From positions 54,932,001-54,996,000 of the forward strand of contig NC_043006.1 of assembly GCF_006345805.1 (NCBI RefSeq): DNA of 64,000 bases, given 5' to 3'. Below are positions 1-14,122 of this stretch, piece after piece. Source of the stretch: Octopus sinensis (taxonomy: Eukaryota). Numbering within the stretch: the first letter of the stretch is position 1; each line of letters begins with the position of its first letter. Position numbers and translations under genes: made by a program. The notes below the pieces were generated by a model. That model was given only the letters and a program-made list of their open reading frames with translations. It was not told the origin of the DNA and ran no database searches.

Positions 1-1899
1 TTCTCAGGCAGAATTATCATGGTAGGATGTAATGAGGTAGTAGCTCTGAATTTCAGGTGTAATCCATCCAAGAGGCTCCTATGCTACTTTCACTCACAAG
101 ATATGCGTTGAACTAAGGTCATAGAAATTTATATTTGCCCATGATGCCATAGAGTGAGATTGAACCTAGGATTGCACATTTTCAAAGTGAGCTTTTTAAC
201 CATTTAGTCTTACTGCACACACACACACATGTTTATGTGTGTGTGTTTGCCATAATGCACTTCTACATGTGTGTGTGTGTGAATTAGGAAAGTTGCAGCC
301 ATAATCCTCACGAATTTCACAGAGCTAAGCTACATCTATAGTTTCTCTGTTATCACTGATTCGTAAGGTCAAAGATAACAGACGTATCCATTACTTAAAG
401 AAAACGCCAACTATATAGAGTATTGGTGATGCACTGCTTCACTCAACACCTTCACAGAGATAGGTTACTACTATCAGTTGGCTAGAAATGCAACTAATGT
501 TGTTTTGTGCAACCACTTGTTACAATACAACACAATAACAAGTTACTAATAGCTATTCAATTACTTACACTTTAGATAAGATTAATTACTGCTAGCTGTT
601 GTTTCCAGACCCTACTTCTCTCTTTCTCTCACACATGCATAAAGCAAAGCAATATTGTACCAAGCAGAGAGACAGAATCAGCATCAGACCACTGGTAGGA
701 ATCAAAAGTAAAATACAATTAATGAGAGAGAGAGAGGGGGAGGGAGGGAGGACAAACAGTACTTCAGATCATAGCCAACAGGTAACTAAGCTCTGGGAAA
801 ATAAACAATCAATACCAAAACCACCACCACACACAGTAATAAAATAAAATCTATGTCTGTTCTGACTGTCACAATGTCCTAGATCTGGAATGATATGAGT
901 AAATTATGAAGTGTAGCTATTTAAACATAAAATATTCTATATCATTTTTAATATAGAATTTATGGCAGTCACAGTAGATTCTTGGCTTCCACTGAGTATG
1001 ATCTTTTTACTCAGTTACAGCATGATGTCATCTTTCAGTAAGGTACGATCACACCTTGAAAGGGTAAGCTTCATTTCTGTCAGAGGCACCTGATGCACCA
1101 GCAACACCCTCCTTAGTTCATTACTACTGTGTCTCACCTTGCTAAATAGAAATCAATTCTGTCCATTTTTTCTTTTTCTTTTTTATGTGCCTGGCAATAT
1201 GGTTAAGAAATTTACTTCCCAACAAAGTGGCGTTGGGTTCAGCCTTACTGTGTGAAAACCTTGGGCAAGCGTCTTAGCACCAGGCCAGCTATGCCTTGTA
1301 GGTGGCTTTGGAAGACAGAAATTGAAAGAATGTCACACACACGTGTGCATAAGCTCTATGAAAGTTACAACATACAGGTAGAGTTGTTGTTGTCAGTTCC
1401 CTAGACAACAAATCGTCCATTCACTTTGGGCCTTTGAATAAGAGCTCCCTTATTTGAAAAACAGGTAAGGGTTAGAAACTGGAAGGGTATCCAGCTTTAA
1501 AACAATGCTTCACTTGACATAGTCAACTAACCTAAGTAAGCATGGAAAAATGAATGAATCAAACCACACAACTAAAAGTTGAACTTCAACTGCACTCATC
1601 TGACAAGACTACAAATGTTATAACTGCCACTCCTCTTCTGATTTCCTAACCCAACCCTAAATCTATAGAAACACAACTGAGATATATTTCAGTGGTACAA
1701 AACAAACCTTAGTTACTATTATACTACTGAGTCTTGATATCAAATCATACTTTACGACATAGCTGATAACTTCTCAATTTCTCTGACAAAGTTTCTGCGT
1801 AAAAAAAGAAAACAAATGAAGAGATGCTTTCTAATGATAGGCCAAACTGACACAATCAAAGCTCAGGTTACTCTTTTTAAAAATTGGTATATATATATA

Positions 1900-2030
1900 T
1901 AACATTTCGAGTGTAGGCTCGAAACGTTAAAGACTTTTTCACTTCCAGAGCATTATACTAACACATCTGTTTGTTGTCTACACCACCTGTCTTCGTCTTT
2001 TGTATTTTTTTTTTGTGAATTCTCCTTATA
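1900..2030 (+). repeat. Penelope-type 3' end fragment between (TA)n tracts
   Basis: ggctcgaaacgttaaagactttttcacttcc...tgtcttcgtcttttgt; family assignment is from recall. Confidence 0.35.
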
Positions 2031-2832
2031 TATATATATCTCAATGTGATTAAATCATCTTGCATGAAAGGTTGTGATTTTGAGAGAGAGAGAGAGAGGT
2101 TTCTGCGTTTTGTGTTAATTAAAGAAATCACATATAGCTACAATGAAGCTCAAACTTTACAATACTTATCTACATACACAAAAGCTAACACTACATATTT
2201 AAAAACTGTTTTAGCTTATGGTGCTAGGAATTCTGTGAACCTATAATTCATCACCTCTTCATACTTTTCATAATCAAATAAGCTTATCTGTAATGGCCCT
2301 AACATTTCTCAAATTTGACTTAAAATACTTTTAAATATATTCTTATAACCATCTACCCTACCTTACCAATACCTTGTTCATGGAATTTAGTAGACAAAAA
2401 TGAATGTGCAAACTTGTTTGTGTGTGTTTCACCAAAAGGTGTAAGCATAAGCAAACAAACAAAAGAATTTGGCGCTTTTGTGTAATAATAGGGTTTCAGT
2501 TCTGCTAAGTAAAACAATCTTTATTACTTTTGCTCTAAAAAATGAAGAGGACCTATGATTTGCCGATTGAAACTTGTAAGTACAACAACACTATTGTTCA
2601 CCTATTATGATATACAATAACTAAAATAACAGAATGTTCATATCATCCATGAGTTATCATTAGACTTAATCCAATAGAGCTTAAAAAGTGAAGGTCATAA
2701 CCTCCTTTTTAATTCTTATCATTTCTTCAAGGTACAAAGCTTTTTTGTAAACTGATCAATCTTAATTCTTTTCCTGTTTAATGGATTTGTAATATAGTGT
2801 TGTTATCAATTTTGATTATAATCAGAGAGATT

Positions 2833-3020
2833 TTGCCTATCATCTGAACTTAAAATAGCAAGCCTTTAAACTAGGTACAGTGCAGCCAGCTTTTGTACTG
2901 TCTTGATTATTAGAGATAGAGAGAGAGAGAGCAAAATGACATTGCCTATGATCTGAACTTAAAATAGTAAGGTATTAAACTAGGTACAGTGCAGCCTTCT
3001 TTTATATTGCCTTGATTATT
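2833..3020. repeat. Local direct duplication of about 79 bp (2833-2911 and 2942-3020) separated by (GA)n
   Basis: ttgcctat.atctgaacttaaaatag.aag...taaactaggtacagtgcagcc...ttgattatt twice. Confidence 0.85.
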
Positions 3021-3467
3021 TCCATTTCCACTACCCTAACAGTAATTCCTAAGGTATAAGATCAACAACCTAGTCACTTCAACCGAACTAGTATATTGCA
3101 GGTACCTAGTATATAACCCCCAAAGGAATGAAGGGTAAAGTTGATCATATTTCAATTCAAAATGTAGAAATGGGGACTAAAATCTAATACAGCACTCCTA
3201 TTTCTGTCACTTACCCAGTCTCCTCACCCTAATAATGATGATGACAAAGATTATGATGATTTAGGCACAAGAACAACAGTTTTGAGAGGAGAGGTTAGGC
3301 AATTATATTCGCCTCTGTACTTAATTGGGACTTGAATGGCAAAATTGACTTTGGCAGGAACAAACTCAGACATATATAGCAAAGCATTTTATTTTGTTCA
3401 ACACTTATGATTCTGCCACCCCATCACCCTTGAAGATTGACATAACTCATGAAGATAAATACACAAT

Positions 3468-4529
3468 AAGAAGAGCATAATACGATTTGTAATAAATAGA
3501 GAATGACTGTTTATTGAATTGAACAATATTTTGACAGTATGCCTGTCTTCAGGTTCAAAACAAAAAAAAAAAAAAAGGCAGAAATACAGAAATTCAAAAA
3601 AATGAATGGAAATATCGTGTTCCTTTTTCATAACTGGTAACAAGGAAAAAGAAACGAAAAGACAAAATACAAAACAGAAAGCAGGAAAGAAAACACTTGC
3701 TCAAAAAGTTTTGTGCAAATGTGACGAAATTCTCTCGTCATTTTGTTCATTCCTCCAGGAAGAACCTGAAAGTATGCATTCTCAGAAAATATTCCAACTC
3801 CACTGTACTTTTAGTCCTCAGAACACATGAGGATAAATATATTTGTGAACTACCCATGAATTGTAGTCATGGTTATTGCCGGAGTCATGTAAAAGCATTA
3901 CACTCCTGGAATGGTTGGCATTAGGAAAAGCATCTAGCTGTAGAAACCATGCCTATTCTGACTGGAACCTGGTGCAGCTCTCCAGTTTATCAGCTCCAAA
4001 GAAACCAGCCAACCCATGCCAGCATGGAGAGTAAATATTAAATGATGATGAATCATTAATATCATATCCTGGAAGAATGAAAAATATGACAAGAGAATTC
4101 CATCATATTTACACAAAACTTCTTGACATAAACACACCAATACCAGTTGTCAAGCAGTAGTAGGGGACAGACACAAACACATATACAATGGGCTTCTTTC
4201 AGTTTCTGTCTACCAAGTCCACAAGGCTTTGGTTGACCTGAGGCTATAGAAGACACTTGTTCAAGGTGCCATGCGGCAGGATTGAACCCAGCACCATGTG
4301 GTTGGGAAGCAAGCTTCTTACCACATAGCCACTCCTGTTACCAGCTATGAAAACCGATGTCGTCATTTTGACTAAAAAGGAATGCAGAATATTCCCATTT
4401 ATATATTGAATTTTTGTATTTCTGCATTTTTGCGTTTTCCATTTTGAAGACAAAACACTGTCGAAATATTGTTCAATCCAATTAAGAGAGTCAATCCCTA
4501 TTTGTTACAAATCATATCACACTCTTCTT
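3468..4529. repeat. Old fold-back element with about 300-bp arms interrupted by SINEs
   Basis: 3468-3765 is the reverse complement of 4066-4529 once the SINE at about 4145-4345 is removed. Confidence 0.75.
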
Positions 4530-5739
4530 CTTCTTAATAATAATAATGGGTGGGAGGGGGTTTGATCAGTCGTCAGGACTATATTGAAGCTGAGGAAAAC
4601 AGCTTAGCGTGGTATATAAAAAAAATGCTGTGGAGCCATTGTTGAAACATACAAAGAAGGTTGGCATCATCAAAACTGGAAAGTGTGTAATGAAAGAAAA
4701 ATTTAAACAAGAAATGAACACCAAAAAAAGAAAAGCATGGAAAGAAAAAAAAATGTATGGTTAGTTTGCAAGAGATGTGAATGCAAAGACAGATACTGAG
4801 GACCGGTGGCTTTGGATGAAGAGTAACTTGAAGATAGAGACAGAAGCACTCACATGCACAACTCACTGGTACTTTAGTCTATCAACCCCAGTGGGATGAA
4901 AGGTGAAGTTGGCCTCATTGGGAATTGAAACCAGAATGCAAAGAGCCAGAACAAATACAGTAAAGCATTGTTCAAATAATACTACCAGTTAATAATAATG
5001 ATTTCTAAAATAGGCACAAGGCCAAAGTAGTCGCAGGAGGATGTGCTTCATTAAACTGACCATCCTACTTGGCTGTTTGCTTATTTTATTGACACCCACC
5101 TTCAAAAGAATGTAAGAAGGATGTAAAAGAACCTTAGCAAATACTGCAAGGTATGTTTCTTTTTTTTTATACAGTCTACTGATTTAATTGCTTTTAACAA
5201 TAACAACAATATCAATTGTAAGAGAAATAATAATGAAAATATCTTCAACAGCAACATATTTCATACAAGTTTTGAAATACTTCTGACATATATATATATG
5301 TATATATATATATAAAACCCTTTTAGAATAGTTGTTTGCTTAACGAGCCTTGTAGCCGAAAAGATTAGTAGAAGAAAGTACTTTTGGTCAACTATTTAGC
5401 TTAGAATAGTGTTTTAAAGCTTCAGGAAAACTAACACTGGTAATTGGTCAGCAATCTAGTTCGTCAATTATTTATTGGTTTATTCTTATTCTGTAGAATG
5501 GAGAGAAAAACCTCCATTCATTAAAAGAAGCCCGAAAGAGAAAGAATATGCTATCAATGACTTCTTAAATTAATGAGTGCCAGAAAGGAAATAAATCTAC
5601 AGTTAAGCAATGTACTAAAAAGTGATTATGTGTATAATTAAATACTTTGTGTTCCTAGCTCATTCACTCACTCTATATACCCCCGCTCCTTACATAAACA
5701 CAGACAGTGACACACAGACACACATACTATACTGTCTAT

Positions 5740-6760
5740 AATCATTTTTCAAAAATTCTTGTCCTTAGCCCTTCTCAGTGCCACCATTGCCAATTTTGTC
5801 ATTGTTTGAAGGGTCATTAGTTAAATTAGCTTCATTACAATTACGTTTTCTTGTAAAGAACATCACAAACAGCCAAATGAATTGCATGCATTTCACTGAT
5901 GTTTGCTGTTCCTTACCAAATTTAACCGTGATACAGGTTCCATCAGTTATGACTGCAACTCTATGTGTTTCCAAATTGAGGTTGAATTCAGAGTTTGTTT
6001 CAAAAGATTCAATTAATTTTTCAGCAGATGAACTTCAATAAATTCTGATCATTCCTAAATTCCAGAATTTACCTGACATATGTACAATTACATTCAAACA
6101 TCTGTGATTTAGCAGCAATGTATATTCATCTAAAGAAACACTTAATTTTTCAAAACTCTCCTTTCTATTAGCTGGTTGTTTTTCCTCCAAATCATATTGC
6201 CTTTGAATTATTTGCATTAAATGAGAACCTTCTTCAGTAAACCCAAACTATTAATTATAATAGCTCTACCAATAAAAGCACTTGTAACTATTGCTTCATT
6301 GGAGATTCATAGGTAGCAACTAATTTGGATACTATTTCATCTAGAACAGTGGTTCTCAACCATTTTTTGCCAATGATTGATGTGTTAAAAAAATTCCCTA
6401 TTATATTTTTATAATAAAAAACTGTTAAAATATTTTGTGTACTGTAGAAGTATAACCAACATATTGCAGTTAAATTTTAACAACAAAATCTTAAATGTAC
6501 CCCTATTGGTCATATGGACCCTTGCTGAGAACCACTGATCTAGAGTTTTAGTTTGTTTTTCCCCAAAAGAAGGTTATTTTCGACTGGTAGAATTTTTTCA
6601 AAGGAAAATCATCTGTTCCAATTATACTAGTTTCTGAGAAATTGTCTTCATGAATAATGTTTAAATTGTGTAAAAGACTCTTTCTTTAACTAGCCAAACA
6701 TTTTAAGATGGTCTTGCAATTTATAAGTTTTTAAATAATACAGCTGTTTTGCATCTTTTG
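5740..6760 (-). mobile_element. hAT-superfamily (hATm-like) transposase fossil
   Basis: Reverse strand: BED-finger-like CKTILKC...HNLNIIH, EIVSKLVA, LSVSLDEYT...CLNVIVH...FWNLGMIRI, VAVITDG...VKFGK, HAIHLAVCDVLYKK; stops and frameshifts; TIRs not identified. Confidence 0.75.
6347..6537. mobile_element. hAT (Charlie-type) MITE inserted in the hAT transposase fossil
   Basis: TIR cagtggttctcaac / gctgagaaccactg; 8-bp TSD atctagaa / atctagag. Confidence 0.85.
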
Positions 6761-8547
6761 TCAAACATCTCAAGGTCCTACTTGTGAGCATAGGCTCATC
6801 CTGTAGATATTTTCTTCATCCAACAATATCCAATTATTATACAAACATTGCTACAGCAGATATTTGTCACTTTTCCATACATTGACTTATGGCACAAGTA
6901 TCTACATGTTGAAATCTAAGCTATGCTAACTGTTGTTTTGGTTATGTGCAGATAAATAATAACAATGCTTTCTGAATAGATAAATAATGACAACTGAACT
7001 CCAAACTATTTTTTAATGACAAAACAGTTACCAACAGATATTAACTATAAACATATCCACACTCTTTATAGAACAGTTTGTTGCGTATGTTGCATGGAGG
7101 TATGGGTATAACTGTGTGCTTGCATCTATATATTTCTTGAGTGTACATAAAATTGATTGTGTTTGGATTAGTACATATGAATGCATTGCTGTAGCTGTTT
7201 CGGGAATCACTTTAAATAATTTGACAATAAATCATCAGGCCAGTACATAGAAAGGTATATAAAAACAGAATAAAGATAGTAGTTCAAATGACTACTCAGA
7301 CGGTCTAAACTATAATCAGATGAAATGATACAATAGATAGATACATGTGTATTATTTCAACATATACAGTTTCAAATCAATAAATAATATTGCATCATCA
7401 TCGTTTAACGTCCGTTCTCCATGCTAGCATGGGTTGGACGGTTCGACCGAGGATCTGGGAAGCCAGAAGGCTGCACCTGATATATTGCTACCACATCATA
7501 ATTATTTTCATTTGAAACAAGTATGAATAAAAAAATCTCTAATTCTTTTTTCATATTGTCTAAGTCATTTTGGATAATAATTTAACTATTATTAAAACTG
7601 AATTTAGTGACGGTCATCATCCATCAACCAAAGAACACATTGTTGAATCTGTCATACAACAAAAGAATGTCAAGAATCTCCCTTTCATTAGCTCATTTAA
7701 GAATCATGAACGAAGTGTTTGACATCTAACTGCTGACCTTTTAAAGCCAGCCACTGAAATAAACAGAGTAATTCTTTCCTTTGTGTATGTAGCAAAATCA
7801 ACTCATCAGTAAATAAATATCTAACTATAACATTTATCCACTGCTATCTAGAATAGATTATTGAGTTCTTAAAAATAAATGAACAGACACTTAAAAAAAA
7901 GGAGTTGAACTTCTGTAGGCTTTACAAGGGATGCCACTTGGTAAGAGCTAAGAATTAAAGCCTTATTGCTTGGCTTAGAACATTTCAGATTCTCAATTTA
8001 CTAAGTGATGTGCAGGTAAGTTAAAGGTTAACTTACTCTGTGCTGAAGTGAAATATTACAACTAATAGTAAAAATACCCAAATGAATTTGAACCAACAAA
8101 TTTATTATACACCAGTTATAACATTTTCAGATCAGCCTGTAACTTGACAAAAGTTGTTTTTAAAACATTATGTCCATGCCCTTAACTAATATATCCCAAC
8201 ATTATCATAGTTTTTTTTTCCATGAGAGATGGAGAAGAAAAAAAAAACAGTGGTCATATAAAAATCCCCAGATAGGATTTTTATATCAATGATTAGAAAT
8301 AAAAAGTTTGGTTTAGGAGATGAAGTAGAAAGTGAAATCGATATGGCTTATGAAACACTAGAAGAAAAAACTGTGATTGTGAACACGATAAAACAAGAGA
8401 GTGAAAAACTAAATAATGTTTGAAAAAACAAACAAACAAAATAACACAAAGACTAATGAATATATGTGAAACACATACACACACACATACACATGTTAGA
8501 CATAGTAATGAGGAGAACGGTGTATTGATGCTGTTTGTTATGTTTAC

Positions 8548-8642
8548 CTGAACCAATCTTGACCAGTCCATTGTGTTGGATGAAAATAGTATCACAGGTG
8601 AGGTTACCATGGATAATCGGTGGGTCACAGGAATGTAGATAA
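8548..8642 (-). CDS. NRBP1: NRBP coding exon 6 (95 nt), degenerate catalytic loop
   Basis: ttttctag|T TAT...TCA G|gtaaac; YLHSCDPPIIHGNLTCDTIFIQHNGLVKIGS (inside ORF 8453-8677). Confidence 0.96.
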
Positions 8643-9302
8643 CTAGAAAATAGAATTAAAATAAAGATTAAAGCCAAATAAAATAAAACAAATCAATAAA
8701 TAATAACTGAACTTTATAAGAAAAGGAGGGCAGCCAAGAGAGGGAAACCATATCAAAACAGACATTGACCTAGACACAGTCTTCTGACCTGTCACATCTC
8801 TCAACCCGTCACTCATGCAGCCATGGAATACAAATGCTAAATGATGATGAAGATGAATGACAAGAAACATTTGCATAGGTGCAGTGTGGCTGTGTGGTAA
8901 GAAGCTTGCTTCCCAACCACGTGGTTCTGGGTTCAGTTCCACTGCATGGCACCTTGGGCAAGTATCTTCTACTATAGCCTCAGGCTTTGCTACCATCTCT
9001 TGACAACCGCAACTTCGTAGTTCAGCAAAATAGACCGACAATAAGTAGTGGGCTTACAAAGAGTAAGTCTTGGGGTTGATTTCTTTGACTAAAAGGTGGT
9101 GCTCCAGTATGACCAGAGTCATGACTGAAACAAGTAAAAAAAATAAAAGTGCAAGAATGAAATTTGCTTGTGGGTGCAAGCCCAAGTCCAAAACTTTTTA
9201 CAAAAAAGGTCAATTTTTTCAATTTCAATAGCAAAACAAACATAGGTATAATAATAATAATAATAATAATTGTCATTAATCAAATCAAATAAATCCAATA
9301 AT

Positions 9303-9514
9303 CTTTTCTACTCTAGACTTAAGCCTGAAATCTTTGGGGAGGGAGCCAGTCGATTAGATCAACTCCAATATGCAACTGGTACTTAATTTATCGACCCCGA
9401 AAGGATGAAAGGCAAAGTCAACCTCAGTGGAATGTGAATTCAGAACGTAACGACAGACAAAATACCGCGAAGCACTTCACCTGGCATGCCAACGTTTCTG
9501 CCAGCTTGCTGCCT
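9303..9514 (-). mobile_element. Short SINE with perfect 18-bp TSD
   Basis: tcaaataaatccaataat at 9285-9302 and 9515-9532. Related copies near 3020-3200, 4870-4990, 22570-22700, 34130-34310, 40810-41030, 43340-43560, 52590-53160. Confidence 0.85.
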
Positions 9515-11288
9515 TCAAATAAATCCAATAATGGAAAAATGTTTTAGATCAGTTCAAAAATGTTTTTATGCTCATTTGTTTTGGCAATGAAATCTTTCGG
9601 GAGAATGTCCAAAGCATCTTCACTCCACCCAAAATTCTAGTGGGGCAGCAAGCACACTCCCTACACCCTCTGTTCCCAAGCCTGTGAACATTTGTACCCC
9701 ATATGTAACAACCACATATTGATAAAATACAAAAACTAGAATTAAGGTATTGGATGACCATCACACTGTGACATTATTTTGAGCTCCTGAGCAAAGGACA
9801 TAGCACTTGTTTTAGTTTGCTTGATTGACAAAAGGAGAAATAAAATGTTTGAAAAAAAAAAAAAGTTTTAACTTAAACTCTGATTTAGTAGTTAGCAGTA
9901 AGGACACCCAAATGTAAAAATAATAGCTCCAACAAAGAATACATCTTTGATGTGCATGCTCAAAAACAAAAAGAAACAAATGGATGTAAAATAAAAAAAA
10001 AATTTAAATACATCATTGTTTAACATCAGCTTTCCATACTGGTATGGGTTGGACGGTTTGACTGGGAACTAGCAAGCCAGGAGGCTGCGCCAGGCTCCAA
10101 TCTGATTTGGCAAGGTTTCTACAGCTGGATGTCCTTCCTAACACCAACTACTCCAAGAGTGTAGTGGGTGCTTTTATGTGCTATCGGCATGAGAGCCATT
10201 CAGGCAGCACTGGCATAAATATATCTGTTCACTCAGACAACATGCATGCCATCACCATTATAATGTATAACAAACAAGTGGCACCAAGAAGGGGTGTGTG
10301 CTCGAGGTAGTTACCCAACCCAAATAGCAGCCAAATCCACCTCACCAAATGAGACTGCCAACTAGAAAAAGTAGTTGTAGTTGTGCATATTGTCCAGGGA
10401 TAATCACACCTGGTTCCCTTATAATTTGTAGGTCTGCTCAATGAGACTTGACTTGGGAGTCCAACAACAATAAACAGATTTAGAAAACTGAGACAATAAA
10501 AAGTTAAAATCCCATTTATGATATGAAGAAAAGCTTTAACATCATTCAAGGTTATGCAAAATCATGGAGCATATTTCCTCATGACCATTTTTGTTACTTT
10601 CTACAAGTGTGAATTATAAGTTAGTTTTATTGTAAAGTTCCCTCACTCAAGACTTGGCCTTAATTTTTAAATAGAGGTAGGTGGCACCTTTCACTAAATC
10701 ACTATTATTTTCAATTTATTTTATTGCAGCATCATTTTAATTCCAGTTCTTTTTGCTCTTGCTAAGTTAGAGGTCTTAATGTAAGATTTTTTACTACTAC
10801 ATCACAAGGTCAAGCCCTTGTTTGGTGTGACGGATGGCTTGTATACCTCAATGATGCCAGGAGCTATGCTGACAGAGTGCATGTCCTTGGTCAAAGGACA
10901 GAGGCCAAACTAATATGGGTCACCCCTTCCCAGAGGTAAAAATGGGTTTGCACAAGCCCAACACCCCTATCTGGAAAAATAGCAAGGTTACAGAAGCATT
11001 GATGGCAATCCAAAACCAACAAGACCTGGGAGAAGAAGCTGAAAAGACAGCTGAGAACAGTCAAGTTGTTGATGGCTTATGCTCCATTAACTTCTTTTCT
11101 CCTTCTCCTCACACCTATGTTACTTCATTCAAAAAATAAATCAAGTGTGCCACTACCACTGTCCATCTTGTCTGTGTCAAGTTACTTTTACTGTGTCACT
11201 TTCACATTACTATGTACTAAACATGAACATTTGTTCAAATAAGAGATTTTCCCAAGAAACAGGAGCAAATCAAGGTAATTATTCTCAC

Positions 11289-11329
11289 CTTAGTGCTGAT
11301 AAGATCTGAGTACACCATCGTTTCCATGC
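11289..11329 (-). CDS. NRBP1: NRBP coding exon 5 (41 nt)
   Basis: ttttcatag|GCA TGG AAA CGA TGG TGT ACT CAG ATC TTA TCA GCA CTA AG|gtgaga; AWKRWCTQILSAL; ends in phase 2, matching the next exon. Confidence 0.95.
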
Positions 11330-14092
11330 CTATGAAAATAAGAAGGACAAAAAAGAAAAAGAAGAAACTTTTAGCAAGGAAGAAACAGTTAAACAGATGC
11401 ACACATTGATGACCAGATCCAAAATTTACATCATTGCTCCACAGAAACATGTAATCACATGTAATGATAAAAACAGGTCAGAAACAAAATGCAAAAATAA
11501 AAAATGTTAACATAACCCATCATCTCAGAGAAACAGTAGCAGATGTGGAAAAATGTGGTAACTGTTGAAAGATTATCAAAATGTTTACTTTTTTAATTTT
11601 TTTAAAAACTGGATGAAATCTAGCAAAGAATTTATAAAAATAATCTAGCATAAAGACAAGTTTAATATAAACAAACTGACAAGAAAATGCACAAAATAAA
11701 TAAATAAATAAATAAGACAAACAAGAACAACAAATAAAATATGGTGCTGGTATGCGTTTAGTAAATTTAGTAAGGTTACACATGGTTAAGTAAACATGCT
11801 GCACAATTAACAACTAGAACATCAGTAACAACATCAATAGATATGTTAACAAGTATGTTAGTTAAGTTAAAGGTCTTTTTTATTATTATCATTATTATTA
11901 TTATTTTTAGTTTTCAGGCAAACTATTAGTTGAATGAATGATCATGTGTCTTGAATGAGAAGTTTGTATTTTAAGACATCCAAAGACAGATTAGTTATTT
12001 TAGTAAGAGTTGTTGAAAATTTTAACTCAAGAATTAAATAGCCAATATGAGGTAACTGTTTGTCCAATATCTCCAACAAATTAACCACAGCAACCTAGTG
12101 TTATCCTATTTGTTTACATGTGTCAATCTTCGTGGGGTTCTGTAGTTAATCGCCCATAAATTTAACACAATAGTCATTATTCATTATATCTAATGCTTAG
12201 CTGGAATAGCCTCAGTCTAGAAACAAATCTACATTAATAACAATTGTTTTCTTTTTATTAATTTAAGAAACAAATTTGTTCTATGCTTTTGTATCATCCT
12301 TATATTATTATAAGGCTATGAGAGTTAAGTCAATTTCTATGGATTACTAAATATGTGCTGTTTAACCACAAACTGAATATGATACCTAGTTTGTTGCAAA
12401 ACAGATTTAGTAAACACAGTAAAGAGTCTTGCCAAAGAGCTCAACCCAATTTCAAAGGTGGGAAATAAAATTCAGGAACCATGGCCAACCAAATGAATGC
12501 TAAACGTAAAAATACTTAAAATTCAAAATCATTTTTGTTTTTATTTGAAACTGAATTAGAATATATTAGATAACTGACTACATGGTCAAATTTTCAGAGA
12601 TTGTTACATGGATTCTATTATGGTTCTCTGCAACTGTCTTAGGGTGCCAAGTTAAAACATGCTGACTTTTGTAAGATTCTACAAGTGGCACCATCTCTAT
12701 AGAAGCTACAAAAATAAACTAAATAATAATAATAATAATGCATTGTGAAAGTATTTATCCCAACAATTTATTTACAAATGCTCAACTCTGTAACAACAAC
12801 AAAATTTTAGTCATGCACAAGGAAAATAAAAATAAAAGGGGGTGAAAAAACCATAAAACCCAGCAAAATAGAAACTGAAATTTGGTGCAACAACTAAAGT
12901 AGGTGGGGTTAAGGTATATGTGAAAGAAGGTTGGAGAACAATGAAGAAGAGATAAATAAAAGGTTTTTATAAGAGGTTCTAAAAGTACAGGTGATGTAAC
13001 AAAGGAAACAGCAGTGGCGCAGTCAAGAGGGAGAAGCGAATGTTCATTGCATTATTTCATGAATGTGAAATGAAATGAGTGAAAAACAGTTTTCCTCCCA
13101 ACCATTTGGTTTGGGGTTCAGTCCTAGTGTGTGGCACCATGGTCAATTGTCTTCTACTATAGCCCCAGGCTGAACTTGTGAGTAGATTTGATAGATGGAA
13201 ACTGATAGAAGCCTGTCTATATGTGTGTGTGTGTGTGTGTGACTCCTTGCTTAGACATCGCATGATAGTTGTAAATGAGTGTCACTGTCATACAATCAGT
13301 ATCATTCATTTCCAATATTTTGCAAAAACATGTCTGGCCATGGAGAAATAGAAAATATTGGACATTAAATAATGATGATGATGATGATGATGATAATAAT
13401 GTAATGATAACAGTTTGTTAGATTTAAGGACTAACCAATAAGAATGCTAATGCTTTACATTGTGCAATCACCCAGCAGGTTTAAGTTAAGAGTACACAAT
13501 TATTGGAGAAAGAGGTGTTGTATATTGATGAGTTTGAACTTATAGGGAGTCAAACAGCATTCTAGTGTGGCTTGGGTCATTGTTTTATAAATGTGTATCA
13601 TTTGTGTTGTTTACCATGGGCACAGATTTAGCTAAATGGTTAAGAAGTCTCCTTTTTTAATTATGAGTTTTAGCCCTAAGTTTGATTTCTCTGTGCACTT
13701 TGTGAATAAAAGTTGAACAAAATCTCGTGGATATTTGTCCTGGTTCTTCACATTTTGCGTTCAAATCCTTCAAGGTAACTTTGTTTCTTATCTATCTGAT
13801 ATCACTAGAATAAAGTACCAGTTAAGTACAGGGGCAAGGGAAGAAATTTAATTTCTTTAATTGACTGCTGAGGTGTGCCAACATGCAATAGGTTAGAATG
13901 GTACAGCAGAACCCCAAACTCCTCCAAATGACTACTAAAATCCCAATACCTTTAAAATCTGTTCTTGTTGGATCAGTAGTATTAAACCAAAGTCCAACTG
14001 CAGCTCCTAGGATTATGGATGGTGTATTACAGGTTACTAACCAATTATATTCACCAACATCTACAAGTACTTATGAATTAGGACCACCACCA

Positions 14093-14122
14093 TTACTACT
14101 ACTACTACTACTACTACTACTA
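14093..14122. repeat. (ACT)n microsatellite
   Basis: Direct reading. Confidence 0.9.

Noticed and set aside
1-8547. Next NRBP exon (VAPD...HVKT...)
   Set aside because: Searched by eye on the minus strand and not found; presumed beyond the window edge, though a miss is possible.
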